A stretch of 63,805 bases of DNA, the filler included, from Lenisia limosa (lineage: Eukaryota > Protista > Breviatea): the NCBI GenBank assembly GCA_001655205.1. It is 15 parts of 15 records of this genome, joined end to end, with 100 filler letters (N's around TTAATTAATTAA, not from the genome) between each part and the next. Parts side by side here need not be neighbours in the genome. Positions count along the whole stretch, not along the records: positions 36,917 to 41,978 come from LPNZ01008682.1; positions 42,079 to 44,096 come from LPNZ01002397.1; positions 44,197 to 47,421 come from LPNZ01011664.1; positions 47,522 to 50,070 come from LPNZ01004350.1; 11 more parts are not named here. One strand, given 5' to 3'. Shown one piece after another: positions 37,641 through 49,345 of the stretch. Every line of letters starts with the position of its first letter. The stretch's first letter is position 1. The translations under genes and the position numbers were made by a program. The notes below the pieces were generated by a model. It was not told the origin of the DNA and did no database searches. It saw nothing but the letters and a program-made list of their open reading frames with translations.

Positions 37641-38529
37641 AGGTTTTTCTTATTTCACTTAGCTCGCAAAACAGAAATCCAATCAAAGCAATGCAACAAA
37701 AAAGGTTTGCCTGAATATTTTGGAAAAGTAGTCTCGATTTTGTACAATTTTGACTATTGTAGGCCGTCGCTCCCGTAAATAGTTTATCCGTTTGATGTAT
37801 TTCCGCTGTTGTGTTTTAATATATACATATATTGTTTACTTATCATTTATCGTCTCTTATATATGTACAAATAGAAAATAAGAGTGAAAAAAAGAGACTT
37901 TCTCAGAAAATACAATTTCAAAAAACTGGGCCCCTTCATATGCACTGGGCCCCTTTATATTCCCTGACCTATACATAATACATATCATATATAATATGTT
38001 TTTGGGGCATGACAATTTGAATATTTGCGCTCTAAGCAACAACCAGGTCAAATTCAGCCTTTTCGGAAGCCCTAATAATCATCGCACATTATTATTTATC
38101 TGATATCATATATCATATGACATGATATACATTGTATATTATAAAAAAATATAAATTTAATATAAACTAAAATATCAGATAAATATCATATAAAATATAA
38201 TATAAAATGTAGTATACATATGATATGTATAATATATNNNNNNNNNNGAAGTAGTCTCGATTATGTACAATTTTGACTATTGTAGGCCGTCGCTCCCGTA
38301 AATAGTTTATCCGTTGGATGTATTTCCGCTGTTGTGTTTTAATATATATTGTTTACTTATCATTTATCGTCTCTTATAATGCACAAAATAGAAAATAAGA
38401 GTAAAAAAAAGAGACTTCTCAGAAAATACAATTTCAAAAAACTGGGCCCCTTCATATGCACTGGGCCCCTTTATATTCCCTGACCTAAATCAAATATAAA
38501 GGATAGAAAAGAGCCATAAAATGACAGGT

Positions 38530-39200
38530 AACCAATGTTACACCAGATCACCAACCTTCCGTGCAGTTGGTAATAATTTGAGGAGAGAAGTTAGTCGGGC
38601 ATTGTACTAAGTAAAGTGATAACTAGATTGCATTGAGGCACAGAAAGTTACAATTCAATTTCCAGTCTTAAAAGGAGAAAAAAATCTAAACGCTGTGTTA
38701 CCGGTGTTGAAAAGGAAGGAGATTGTAGGTAATCAATGATATAAGCGTTGTTATTGGCTCAACGCATACCAGGAACACATTGTGGACTAGAGCTCCAACC
38801 AGTGACATAAGAACATGATGCGTGGGTACTTGGGAACAAATACGTAGTACCTAGTGGACAGCTACCCTGGTGGAAGTGAAAATAAAATCACAATATTTTG
38901 TAACATATTACAAGACATTATCATTTTTTTAAAAAAAAAACAGCAACCAGGCACCAGAAGGAGTGTGCTGGCCATTTTGAAACAATAAAACCAAAAAAGT
39001 AAAGATTATAACCACGCTCACGGATACTATGATGTCGGCTTCTGAACCTGTTGCGGTTGTCACAACGTTTGAGAGCGCAACTGTCAGGCCTAGATAGTGA
39101 TACCTTGGTTATTGCTGAGCAAGCATGTTACAATAAGAAAGGCACTATTGCTCACCTTCAGCGGGTGTTGGGCCCTTAATGAGACAAGTCATTTCTAGAA
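38530..39200 (-). CDS. Possible Cys-containing extracellular protein fragment
   Basis: Short exon-like segments GLTVALSNVVTTATGSEADIIVSV, GSCPLGTTYLFPSTHASCSYVTGWSSSPQCVP, VQCPTNFSPQIITNCTEGW*; joins not verified. Confidence 0.3.
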
Positions 39201-40233
39201 CTGTTCAGCAGAAATACTCCAATAAAAAAAATAATAAAATAATAATAATAATAAAAAGGTATTTTGGTGTTGTCACACAACAATAAAGGAAGCTGTTTGG
39301 TGATTACAAAAGTCAGATTCTGTTTCAAGTGCCACCAATCACCCACCGTTCCTCAGGGTGGTAAACTCGTCCTAAATGAGTTACAATTCATTAGAAAATT
39401 GGAACACAATTGGAAGTCTTGTAATAATCAAGTGTGAGGAATAAACACCTTGGTGCAACCTATGATTCAAACCCTCCACATATACATACATATATATGTA
39501 CAATCATCCATTCCATAGCTATTCATAATGGTGCCTGTAATTTAGCGGGTTGCGACGTTGCGACAACGTTCACATCCGTCGGGCAGAATATTGAAATGAC
39601 CCGACACTTGGAACATTCATTCAAATATTTAAAATATCCCGCTTACGTATCTGACAGCATGGTGCTGATGTGTTGCTTCAGAGAGGAATAACTGAACGCC
39701 TTGTTCTATGTCAAGACTAAAAGGTTGTGAGAAGAAGATAGGTAGATCTCCCGTGCTAAGTGGCTGAAAAGACTGAGGCGTGTTATATTTAAAACTTTAA
39801 TAATAATTGAGCGTCAGAACCGCAGGAGGAGGCATACATGACTGGGGAAGGCATCACTGGGAAGACAAAGAGCCAAACAGCCAGGAAATAGATTGTTGTT
39901 AACATTGTTTATTATATTCAAATTTTATTATTCTAATTATATTTATCTGTCTATGGTCAACATTGTTCCAGAGAAAAAAACATTTTAAATGATGACTAGA
40001 CATAGGGGAGAGATCATCCCTGGATCACCTGAGTCTCAATGCCCTTATTTGACTCCATCTTGGCATCTTGGTTCAGTTGTTTGGTTGTTTGCTGGTTGTT
40101 TTTGTGTTCGTGTGTTCGACAGGAAGAGAGGGGGAAAAAATAGAATAAAATATGAAAATAGTGTGATGAGGTATGATAGAACCAAATTGAATTACACCAT
40201 AAGATGCATAGTACCGAAAGATGTTAGCAGTGA

Positions 40234-41858
40234 TCAGAGCTCGTCGTATTGGCTGGCCTTGAGACGGGCGTTCTCAGCACGAAGAGCCTCAAGCTCAGCC
40301 TCAATGGACACTTCCTTCTGGGGCGGGGGGTGAAATTGGAAATTATGAAACAAAAAAGCCTAAATCAACTCTGTCGGCTGNNNNNNNNNNNNNNNNNNNN
40401 NNNNNNNNNNNNNNNNNNNNNNNNNNNNNNNNNNNNNNNNNNNNNNNNNNNNNNNNNNNNNNNNNNNNNNNNNNNNNNNNNNNNNNNNNNNNNNNNNNNN
40501 NNNNNNNNNNNNNNNNNNNNNNNNNNNNNNNNNNNNNNNNNNNNNNNNNNNNNNNNNNNNNNNNNNNNNNNNNNNNNNNNNNNNNNNGAGCCTCGAAATC
40601 GGCAACCTCACGTCCGCCTTCATACTAAATGGGTCAGCGATGAAGAAACACCTCTGGACAACAAAGAAAAGACCCACGCATTGAACATGGACACTCAATC
40701 AAGCCTTGCCACCAACCTTAACAGGCTGGGAGGAGCCAGCAGGAATCCACATGATGGTGGGGTAGCCGGAAACACGGTAGTTGCTTGGAAGGTCGTTAGC
40801 TGCGTTCGTGAGGTTGCATAGTATTTCAACATGAATGAATTTGACACAGTATCAAGCTTTGAGAAAATTACCACCAATATGACTTGACCCTGAAACAACC
40901 TTGTTTTATTTCTCATCTGATTACGGTATCTATACAATGATAGTTCGAGTGCCCCCCCCCCCCNNNNNNNNNNNNNNNNNNNNNNNNNNNNNNNNNNNNN
41001 NNNNNNNNNNNNNNNNNNNNNNNNNNNNNNNNNNNNNNNNNNNNNNNNNNNNNNNNNNNNNNNNNNNNNNNNNNNNNNNTCTTCATCTTCTTGGCGAGAA
41101 CCTCCCACTTGGGGGCGAGGGCCTTGCAGTGACCGCACCAGGGGGCGTAGATCTTCAGGAAGGTGTCTGCGCAGAATAAGGGAGGTTGTAACCGATGAGT
41201 CGTAAAGCATGAAAGGGATATGACAAAACAAGGTCATTCCCCAGCCCACCCTTATCGGATTTAGTGACGGCAGATTCGAAGTTCTTTCCGACAACCTTCT
41301 GGATTGGGTCAGCCGATGTAATTTCTCAAAATGGTTGGCTCAAATAATGAAAGAGACAATTACCCCCCCCCCCACAAAGACGGGGCCCTGGGTTTCGGGC
41401 ACATNNNNNNNNNNNNNNNNNNNNNNNNNNNNNNNNNNNNNNNNNNNNNNNNNNNNNNNNNNNNNNNNNNNNNNNNNNNNNNNNNNNNNNNNNNNNNNNN
41501 NNNNNNNNNNNNNNNNNNNNNNNNNNNNNNNNNNNNNNNNNNNNNNNNNNNNNNNNNNNNNNNNNNNNNNNNNNNNNNNNNNNNNNNNNNNNNNNNNNNN
41601 NNNNNNNNNNNNNNNNNNNNNNNNNNNNNNNNNNNNNNNNNNNNCCTAAGCAACAAATAGTCCAATATGACCGCAGCTGGCTTAAATGAGGGTCACACAT
41701 TCACAACAAAAAGCCCTCCCCCAACCTTCGCAAACTCGGCGACGGTGTCAATGGCGAACTTGTCGGTCATGAGGAAGCGGTCGCGACCCTCAATGCCCCA
41801 AACGGTCACCTTCTCGTCCTTACGGAGGAAGTCGGTCAAGTCCTTTTCAACGTCACTG
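40234..41858 (-). CDS. PDI: Protein disulfide isomerase (5' partial)
   Basis: [26 protein letters not shown] (thioredoxin WCGHC), [24 protein letters not shown] / [10 protein letters not shown], coiled tail ending SQYDEL* (ER retention-like); TGA at 40234-40236. Confidence 0.92.
40318..40380 (-). mobile_element. Family D 3' end forming the acceptor of the last PDI exon
   Basis: Minus strand CAGCCGACAGAGTTGATTTAGGCTTTTTTGTTTCATAATTTCCAATTTCACCCCCGCCCCAG then exon KEVSIEAE. Confidence 0.75.
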
Positions 41859-42153
41859 CTGCGTTAAGCTTGGTGGTGTTTGGTGTGGACATATAGGATA
41901 ACTGGGGGTTTTATGCAGAAGAAGTAAATTAGATTCCACTTGCTCTCCAAAATGCTATTTATTATTCAGGGAATAATANNNNNNNNNNNNNNNNNNNNNN
42001 NNNNNNNNNNNNNNNNNNNNNNTTAATTAATTAANNNNNNNNNNNNNNNNNNNNNNNNNNNNNNNNNNNNNNNNNNNNCCTAATAGTAGTGACCTACACT
42101 GCCATCTGTTCGATTATGACATCTGTGGGCGTCTGTTTCCATGAGTTTCAAAT

Positions 42154-42315
42154 AGGTCTTCACTTCGATTCAAAAAAAGTAGAGCTTCACTTTCGGTTCC
42201 AAAAAAGACTCGATAAATCCTCGATAAATATCGATATTTACAGTTGTTTCGGAACCTAAAGTGAAGCTCTCAAAAAGGACTGAATTTCTGGATAAATTTT
42301 TGGAGCGAAGTGAAG
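42154..42315. mobile_element. Nested family A elements
   Basis: Inner copy ~42180-42271 interrupts an outer degenerate copy. Confidence 0.65.
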
Positions 42316-42707
42316 TGTGGGTTTCAAACTATGAAATAGTATCAAATTATAACTTTTTATAACTATTAACATATTATAAAACTGTGAACATAGTTAAACG
42401 ATACTTATCGAGCCTGGTACCCGCTACTTTTTATTGGATCCCCTGAGTTTATTTAATATATAATCAATATCTCGTATCAGTAAGGTTGTGGACAGCTTCG
42501 GCCTGATGTTATCCATCATCTCGTGTCATCGTGATAGTTTCGGCTGAGTTCAGATACTCCATATGTTCCCTATTGTTTATTCGTTTAATTTTCCTGTTCT
42601 TATAACAAATGTTTTTTACTCCGTAGATTCTATAGCTTCTTTTCTCTTCGAAATCCCACACAAAACATCGACAATCTGACATTTATTAGTTCCCGTCCAT
42701 ATCGCTG

Positions 42708-42760
42708 ATGTACCTTGCTGTGGCGCTCATCTTCGTGATATTCGGTACCAAAGCCCAGGT
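42708..42760 (+). CDS. Possible first exon with signal peptide of an unknown secreted protein
   Basis: MYLAVALIFVIFGTKAQ followed by donor GTCGGGGGGG. Confidence 0.35.
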
Positions 42761-43075
42761 CGGGGGGGTTTTTTTTTTTTTGAAAAAAAATCATATTANN
42801 NNNNNNNNNNNNNNNNNNNNNNNNNNNNNNNNNNNNNNNNNNNNNNNNNNNNNNNNNNNNNNNNNNNNNNNNNNNNNNNNNAATATTATAAGAATAAGTA
42901 GGGAAATGGTGTGTAGAGTAAGACACGTACAACCCGCCACCCTAATCGGTCTATACTTAAGGTAGTTTACAATAAGGTAGGGTTTCTGTCCGATTTTTGT
43001 CGATATATATCATGGCTAAAGTAGTTCTTATCAACTTCGGCCACAGAGAGACTAGGAAGTTTGTTATATAAAGAT

Positions 43076-43176
43076 GAGGACTTCCCTACGGTTCCAAAAA
43101 AGACTGAAATTCTAGAATAATCTCCGATTAATAGAGATATTTTTACGATCTTTTTCGGATCGTAGGGAAGTCCTAA
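43076..43176. mobile_element. MITE family A (A2)
   Basis: GGACTTCCCTACGGTTCC...GGATCGTAGGGAAGTCCTA. Confidence 0.8.
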
Positions 43177-43734
43177 TAATGACGAAAAAAGACATTCCAT
43201 CAATCAGATATCTCCTCGGTTTATTTCGCATCTCTATATTTATTGGGAAAATATGTATAGAGTGGATATCTCTCTCCTTTCTCTCAATGGAAATTCACAT
43301 TTTAGATGAAAAGCGTTTACTTCGATTTGAAGAGTCGGGAGACCCGCATCGCACAAACCAAGGAAATGGGTGAGTTTTCTTTTGCTACATACCATCATAC
43401 ATCATATGATATTATAATAGCATCTGATATGGTAAAACAGTGACAGGGATAAGTCCTGACCAATTTGAAATATCATTCTTTAAATCTTCGACAATTGTAG
43501 ATATTTTTACTGTCTTTTCGGACCGTAGGGAAGCCCTACATATGATATAATAGCTGATAAATAATTGTGTGCAATAGTCTCTTGGGAGATCTCGCATTTG
43601 TGCCATTTGACAAGGGAAAAACAAAAAATAAAGGTGATTAAGATAGGGTTGCCATTTTCCCCCCTCACTTAAATGTGGAAAGAGTTGTTAATAATTATTA
43701 GGAGCCAAGACTTGGATTAATATCTCCTCCCTGA

Positions 43735-43910
43735 ATCATGTTGTTGGTGATGATAATGATGGTGATGCTGTTGTTGTTGGTGGTGATGATAATGATGGTG
43801 ATGGTGATGTTGTTGTTGTTGGTGATGATGATAATGATGGTGATGTTGTTGTTGTTGCTGGTGATGATAATGATGGTGATGTTGTTGTTGTTGGTGGTGG
43901 TGGTGATGAT
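43735..43910. repeat. (GAT/GTT/GGT) low-complexity microsatellite block
   Basis: GGTGATGATAATGATGGTGATGTTGTTGTTGTT reiterated; a complementary (CAT/CAC) block lies at ~56570-56700. Confidence 0.9.
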
Positions 43911-44713
43911 ATAAATTCCCTCTAACCTGGCTTGTTTTTGTTGTCTAGTTTTAGCGTTGATTGCTTGTGTTTGAATTTTTAGTTTTTTGTTTGGAGTTTC
44001 AGATTATTCGGTTTGTAATTAGTTGTACCTTCGTTTTGTTGTATGCTAGAGCGATGGGATGCGGTGCTGTAGAAGCGAATGGCTTGTTTGTTTTGTNNNN
44101 NNNNNNNNNNNNNNNNNNNNNNNNNNNNNNNNNNNNNNNNTTAATTAATTAANNNNNNNNNNNNNNNNNNNNNNNNNNNNNNNNNNNNNNNNNNNNAGTA
44201 ATATATTAACTATGTGTGAACATCATTACATCCTGCAATTCTTCACCCCAACTCCTAAATACATGATTATATTCAATTTCAAGCAATCATTCCCCACTCC
44301 TTGGTATATTGGCTCATNNNNNNNNNNNNNNNNNNNNNNNNNNNNNNNNNNNNNNNNNNNNNNNNNNNNNNNNNNNNNNNNNNNNNNNNNNNNNNNNNNN
44401 NNNNNNNNNNNNNNNNNNNNNNNNNNNNNNNNNNNNNNNNNNNNNNNNNNNNNNNNNNNNNNNNNNNNNNNNNNNNNNNNNNNNNNNNNNNNNNNNNNNN
44501 NNNNNNNNNNNNNNNNNNNNNNNNNNNNNNNNNNNNNNNNNNNNNNNNNNNNNNNNNNNNNNNNNNNNNNNNNNNNNNNNNNNNNNNNNNNNNNNNNNNN
44601 NNNNNNNNNNNNNNNNNNNNNNNNNNNNNNNNNNNNNNNNNNNNNNNNNNNNNNNNNNNNNNNNNNNNNNNNNNNNNNNNTTACTGGGTCGCTCAATGTC
44701 TGATGGCTTTATA

Positions 44714-44786
44714 TACAGTGACCGGGATAAGTCTTGCCCGTGTGGTTTACCAAGGAAAATAGGTCAAGACTTATCCCGGTCAGTGT
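44714..44786. mobile_element. MITE family C
   Basis: TACAGTGACCGGGATAAGTCTTG...CAAGACTTATCCCGGTCAGTG. Confidence 0.85.
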
Positions 44787-44994
44787 CTATATATCAGCTG
44801 GCTCATTGCAATGCTCACGAGAATGAGCCCGAAGCGATAAGCAAAATGGCAATAATAAAAATGAGAAGAATTCCCTGCTATAGATAAGTACTGTACCATT
44901 TTTGGGTTCAGTTTACTTGTGCCAAAACTGACTGATGAAGCTTTCGCTACTTTCTGTCAATATTCAGTTTAGGTACGACACTTTCAATGTTCAC

Positions 44995-46118
44995 AGCCCT
45001 TGTGAACAACTTCAAGAAGGCAGAAGTCAAGTGTAATCTCGCAGTTGCCCCATTGCACCCTCTCCCTGACTCTCAGAAGGCGTTGGTCTTCTCTCTTCTC
45101 GAGACGTACCCTACCACTTCCGCCGTCAACACCCTATTCGCCCCACACCCGATGTCATCCCTGATGACAACTTCGCCTCCATCGACCTCGTCATCGACAC
45201 CGTCTACACTGAGCTTGAGATTCAGATGCATCTCTCTCGCCTCATCGATGACATCAAGGAGGTCAAGAAGGCGTTCTCTTTTGTTGTGTTATCTTCTACT
45301 CTCAGTGTAGTGTATCTCCACGCTGATTCTCCTTCTCAGAATTAAACGTACTCACTACATGATTGCAGAGGCGTTGCTTAAGGTCCCCGAGAACAAGACG
45401 GAGATAAAAGTAAGAGTGTTTAACATCCTGAATATAGTGCTTGCATGCTTTTTTCAACTTGTTTGATCTCTCTGACTTCTCTTTACTTCGCATTAGGTAT
45501 GGAGTACAAGCTGTCTGCCACTTGATAACGTTCTTCCGGCCAAGAAGAAGGTTCGTTTGGTGTGAGATATTTCTTTGCTCTTTTAGATGGACGTGGTCTC
45601 TTTACTGTTATTAAATAGCATATCTGAGCAACTTCTAGGAATCGCAAATTGTCCTAAGTGCGCAAAACCATAAGCTACAAACTATAAGGGTATAGATATG
45701 TCAACAAATTCTGGAATCAAACGCTATTCAACTATAGGACTTTCAGAAGCATCAACTAAAGGGTCGCGCACTACTTGCGTCTGGCTGCCTGACTGTTGGA
45801 CTCTGTGCCAAGCTATCCCAATGAGGTGTGTATGACTGTTGGCCTCTGTGCCAAGCTATTCCGATAAGGTGTCTATGATGTTGGCCTCTGTGCCAAGCTA
45901 TTCCGATAAGGTGTGGCCTCTGTGCCAAGCTATACCGATAAGGTGTGTATGACTGTTGGCCTCTGTGCCAAGTTATTCCGATAAGGTGACTCCTATTTGT
46001 TCAAGCTTCTTTCTTCTCTCTAATTTGTTCATTCTTGTGTTTTCTTTTAATATAGGTGTGTTTGGGGTAACCATGTACACTTTCAAACAGGGACATCTCC
46101 TGAGCCCAAAGTTACTGG
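44995..46118 (+). CDS. Unknown protein fragment
   Basis: C-ending-codon-rich frame DVPYHFRRQHPIRPTPDVIPDDNFASIDLVIDTVYTELEIQMHLSRLIDDIKEVKK, then EALLKVPENKTEIK, VWSTSCLPLDNVLPAKKK, GVFGVTMYTFKQGHLLSPKLL. Confidence 0.4.
45790..45988. repeat. Intronic tandem repeat, 5 copies of a ~43 bp unit
   Basis: TGACTGTTGGCCTCTGTGCCAAGCTATTCCGATAAGGTGTGTA with internal deletions. Confidence 0.95.
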
Positions 46119-46452
46119 TGTGAAAAAGGCAATTTTCCATGTTGGCGTAACTTATACACCCTTTTTGGCATCTGGTTACCCCAACACAACTGGAATGAGT
46201 ACCTGTGATANNNNNNNNNNNNNNNNNNNNNNNNNNNNNNNNNNNNNNNNNNNNNNNNNNNNNNNNNNNNNNNNNNNNNNNNNNNNNNNNNNNNNNNNNN
46301 NNNNNNNNNNNNNNNNNNNNNNNNNNNNNNNACTCAAGGGTTCAAAAACGATGAAACAACAAAACAAAGCCCAGGCCAAGAGGGTGGGGGGTAAGAAGGG
46401 AAGGTGGTATCAACAAAAAACAGTTTCGTGAATCTGTTTGAGAGCAAAAACG

Positions 46453-46537
46453 TACAGTGACCGGGATAAGTCTTGACCGATTTTAATTGGTAAATCACAC
46501 AGCAAATCGGTCAACAAAATCTTATCCTGATCACTGT
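46453..46537. mobile_element. MITE family C
   Basis: TACAGTGACCGGGATAAGTCTTGACCGATTT...AAATCGGTCAA..CTTATCCTGATCACTG. Confidence 0.85.
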
Positions 46538-47521
46538 CTGTATATTCTGTATACATGTACGCACATTTCAAATAATCTATTATACTATTGAATACAAACT
46601 TGAAGAGATGAGAATTAAAAAAACAATGTGTATCTAGCCTTGTGCGGGGGGGTATATTGTGAGAAGTATTAAATCCCAAAACCACAACTAGATATGAGGG
46701 GTGTATAAGCGAGTGAATAGTCATATTCACTATGTTATAAGGCAAATGTGGGTGAATTAATATTATACTACAATCCAATATCCCTTATAAGCGTGATGGT
46801 GTGAACGGCTTCCCCAATTGCTTACATCCCTTTACACTCACCAGTGTTTTTGGCTCGGCGTATTTTGACGTTACGATGACCTACTTCGTGACAGGGGATG
46901 GAAAGCGGAAAATCATGGAACTGTATAAAGCCCAAAAAACCAAAAAAAAGGTGAATGAAATAAATTTGAAAATGAATTAATCCATGACAGAGTGAGAGAA
47001 CATTGTTGCTTTCCAATTGTTTAACACGGGGGTAGTGACCCCATCAGAATATATCACGGCTGTTCAAGACCCGTTAAAAAAGACAAACAGCCGGTTTGCT
47101 GTTCGTTTTTATAAGTATACGTCGTATTGAATGGTGCCTGCCAATCAGCCTAAGGTTTCACTCAGTTGTTAACCGAAACCCTAGCATTATTTTCCATCTT
47201 TAAAACCGAAGTGAAGCCTTAGTAGCCTACCGTGTATTCAGTATCCTGATACGCCCAAACGACAAGGTGGTCAAAGGTGATCAGGCCGCTTGAGTTGCAT
47301 GATGCTGTGAAGCCCCTGTGCGGTGAAGAGTGATATGGGCATGGTACAGAACAGAGTATATATATACATATATATCATATATCTAGATATATATACTATA
47401 TACTATATCATATATATATATNNNNNNNNNNNNNNNNNNNNNNNNNNNNNNNNNNNNNNNNNNNNTTAATTAATTAANNNNNNNNNNNNNNNNNNNNNNN
47501 NNNNNNNNNNNNNNNNNNNNN

Positions 47522-49345
47522 ACCTCCCAGCAACACCAGGGAAGAAGACAGGAAGTTAGGAAGACGCTCCGCTCAAAATCGCCAATTGTTGGCCATGCTG
47601 TTACTCCGAGGTTTGGGGGTTTTGTAGAGTGTATCTTTCAGTTCCATAAAAGACTGTAAATCCTCGATATACAGTGACCGGGGTAAGTCTTGACTGATTT
47701 TCCTTATCACATAGCAAATCGGTCAGGACTTGTCGAGGAAATCAATCGAAATATGTGTAATATATAAGATACATTGATATAATAATCGATAATTTATTGG
47801 GAAATTCAGTCCTTTTTCTGGATCGGAGTGAAGCCCTATTTAAATCAGAACTATGTATATAACCTTATTTATTTACTTTCAGGAGCTCTTCGGCTTTGGA
47901 CCAGCCAAGGTCATCCACAAAACGATCCGATCCCAGAGATCCAAGATGCCCGTCTTCATCAAAAACATCAGATCCAATCCCGCCGCCATCATCATTACAA
48001 AGGTCGTCATTATCCCAACGAACAACACCAGATCAAAGATCATCCTCGCTATCCCAACGAACAGCACCCGATCAAAGATCATCCGCTTCACCCCAGCAAA
48101 CACCGCCGTCCACCTCCCTGCAAAGAACCGCGTCTTTATCACAGAAAACCGATCAGCGATCGCTTCTGCCGTCACACGCCTCGCCCCGACCTATGACGTC
48201 ACCGACGTCACGGTCATCTGTCCGGTCCAGTTCGACCCCTCGGCCTGTATCGGCTTCTTCACGGCCCAGCGCCCAAAGAGTAGGGAGGCCTTTCCTTTCT
48301 TTTTCTTCTTTTTCTTTTTCTCTTTCTTCTTATTTACCTCCTACCAGCTTTTTGTTTTCGTTAGTCAACACAATTTCCTTCGCTTTACTCCCTCCAGGTT
48401 TTCATTTTAACCTCTCCATTTTAGTTTTCATAAATTTTGCATCTTATTCCTCCCCCTCCCCCACAGACATCCTCAGCCCGACCAGAAAAACCCTCACGCA
48501 CAACAATTCCCTCCAAATCGCCCGTGCCGCTTCGACCCTCCTCGCGACGATCAAGGTCACCGGCTGTCACCGGGACCTCCAGGGTACACTCAACGGCGGT
48601 AGCAAGTCCGGTATGTGGGGGGAGGGGGGGGGTCGTAATTATTTTATTATTTTGAATAGATGTAAGGCAAATGGTTGGGTGCATCAGTATTATACAATTA
48701 TCCAATATCACTTTGTGACGGCTTCAGACAGATTCAACCTTGATTTATTAATATCTCATTGCTCTTTATCATGATAGGATATATGTTATATATATATAAC
48801 TATATCATATAATATGTGTGGGGGGAGGGGTGTATAAAGTATATGATATACATCATACATGTGTATTTACTACATATGATATAGTCACGGCTTCCCTACG
48901 TCCGAAAAAGACTGTCAAAATATCGATATTTATCGAAGAATTATCGAGAAATTCAGTCTTTTTTGGGACCGTAGGGAAGTATATGATATCTACATAATAC
49001 ATTATACTTAATACAATGACCGGTCAAAGTCTTGACCCATTTTCTGGAAAATCACAAAGCAAATCATTCAAGACTTCCCGGTCACTAAGTAGTATGTATT
49101 CTCATATTGACCCCCCCCCCCCCNNNNNNNNNNNNNNNNNNNNNNNNNNNNNNNNNNNNNNNNNNNNNNNNNNNNNNNNNNNNNNNNNNNNNNNNNNNNN
49201 NNNNNNNNNNNNNNNNNNNNNNNNNNNNNNNNNNNNNNNNNNNNNNNNNNNNNNNNNNNNNNNNNNNNNNNNNNNNNNNNNNNNNNNNNNNNNNNNNNNN
49301 GAGCGCCAAGCTGAGCAAGGTGCTATCAAGGAGCTTGAATCTCAG
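47522..49345 (+). CDS. Ser/Pro/Arg-rich low-complexity protein with downstream coiled coil (fragment)
   Basis: Phase-consistent joins ...HAVTPR / SSSALDQPRSSTKRSDP...RPSAQR / TSSARPEKPSR...AVASP / ERQAEQGAIKELESQ. Confidence 0.55.
48888..48980. mobile_element. MITE family A (A2)
   Basis: GGCTTCCCTACGTCCGAAAAAGACTG...GGACCGTAGGGAAG. Confidence 0.85.

Noticed and set aside
43735-43910. GAT/GTT block (and the CAT block at 56570-56700) as coding poly-Asp/His tracts
   Set aside because: No splice-consistent frame found; treated as microsatellite.
45273-45280. GC-AG non-canonical donor
   Set aside because: The gene model here is too uncertain to call non-canonical splicing.
45130-45310. Minus-strand open frame (ERLLDLLDVIDEARE...) as the real gene
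   Set aside because: Codon bias and flanking splice signals favour the plus strand; likely an antisense shadow.
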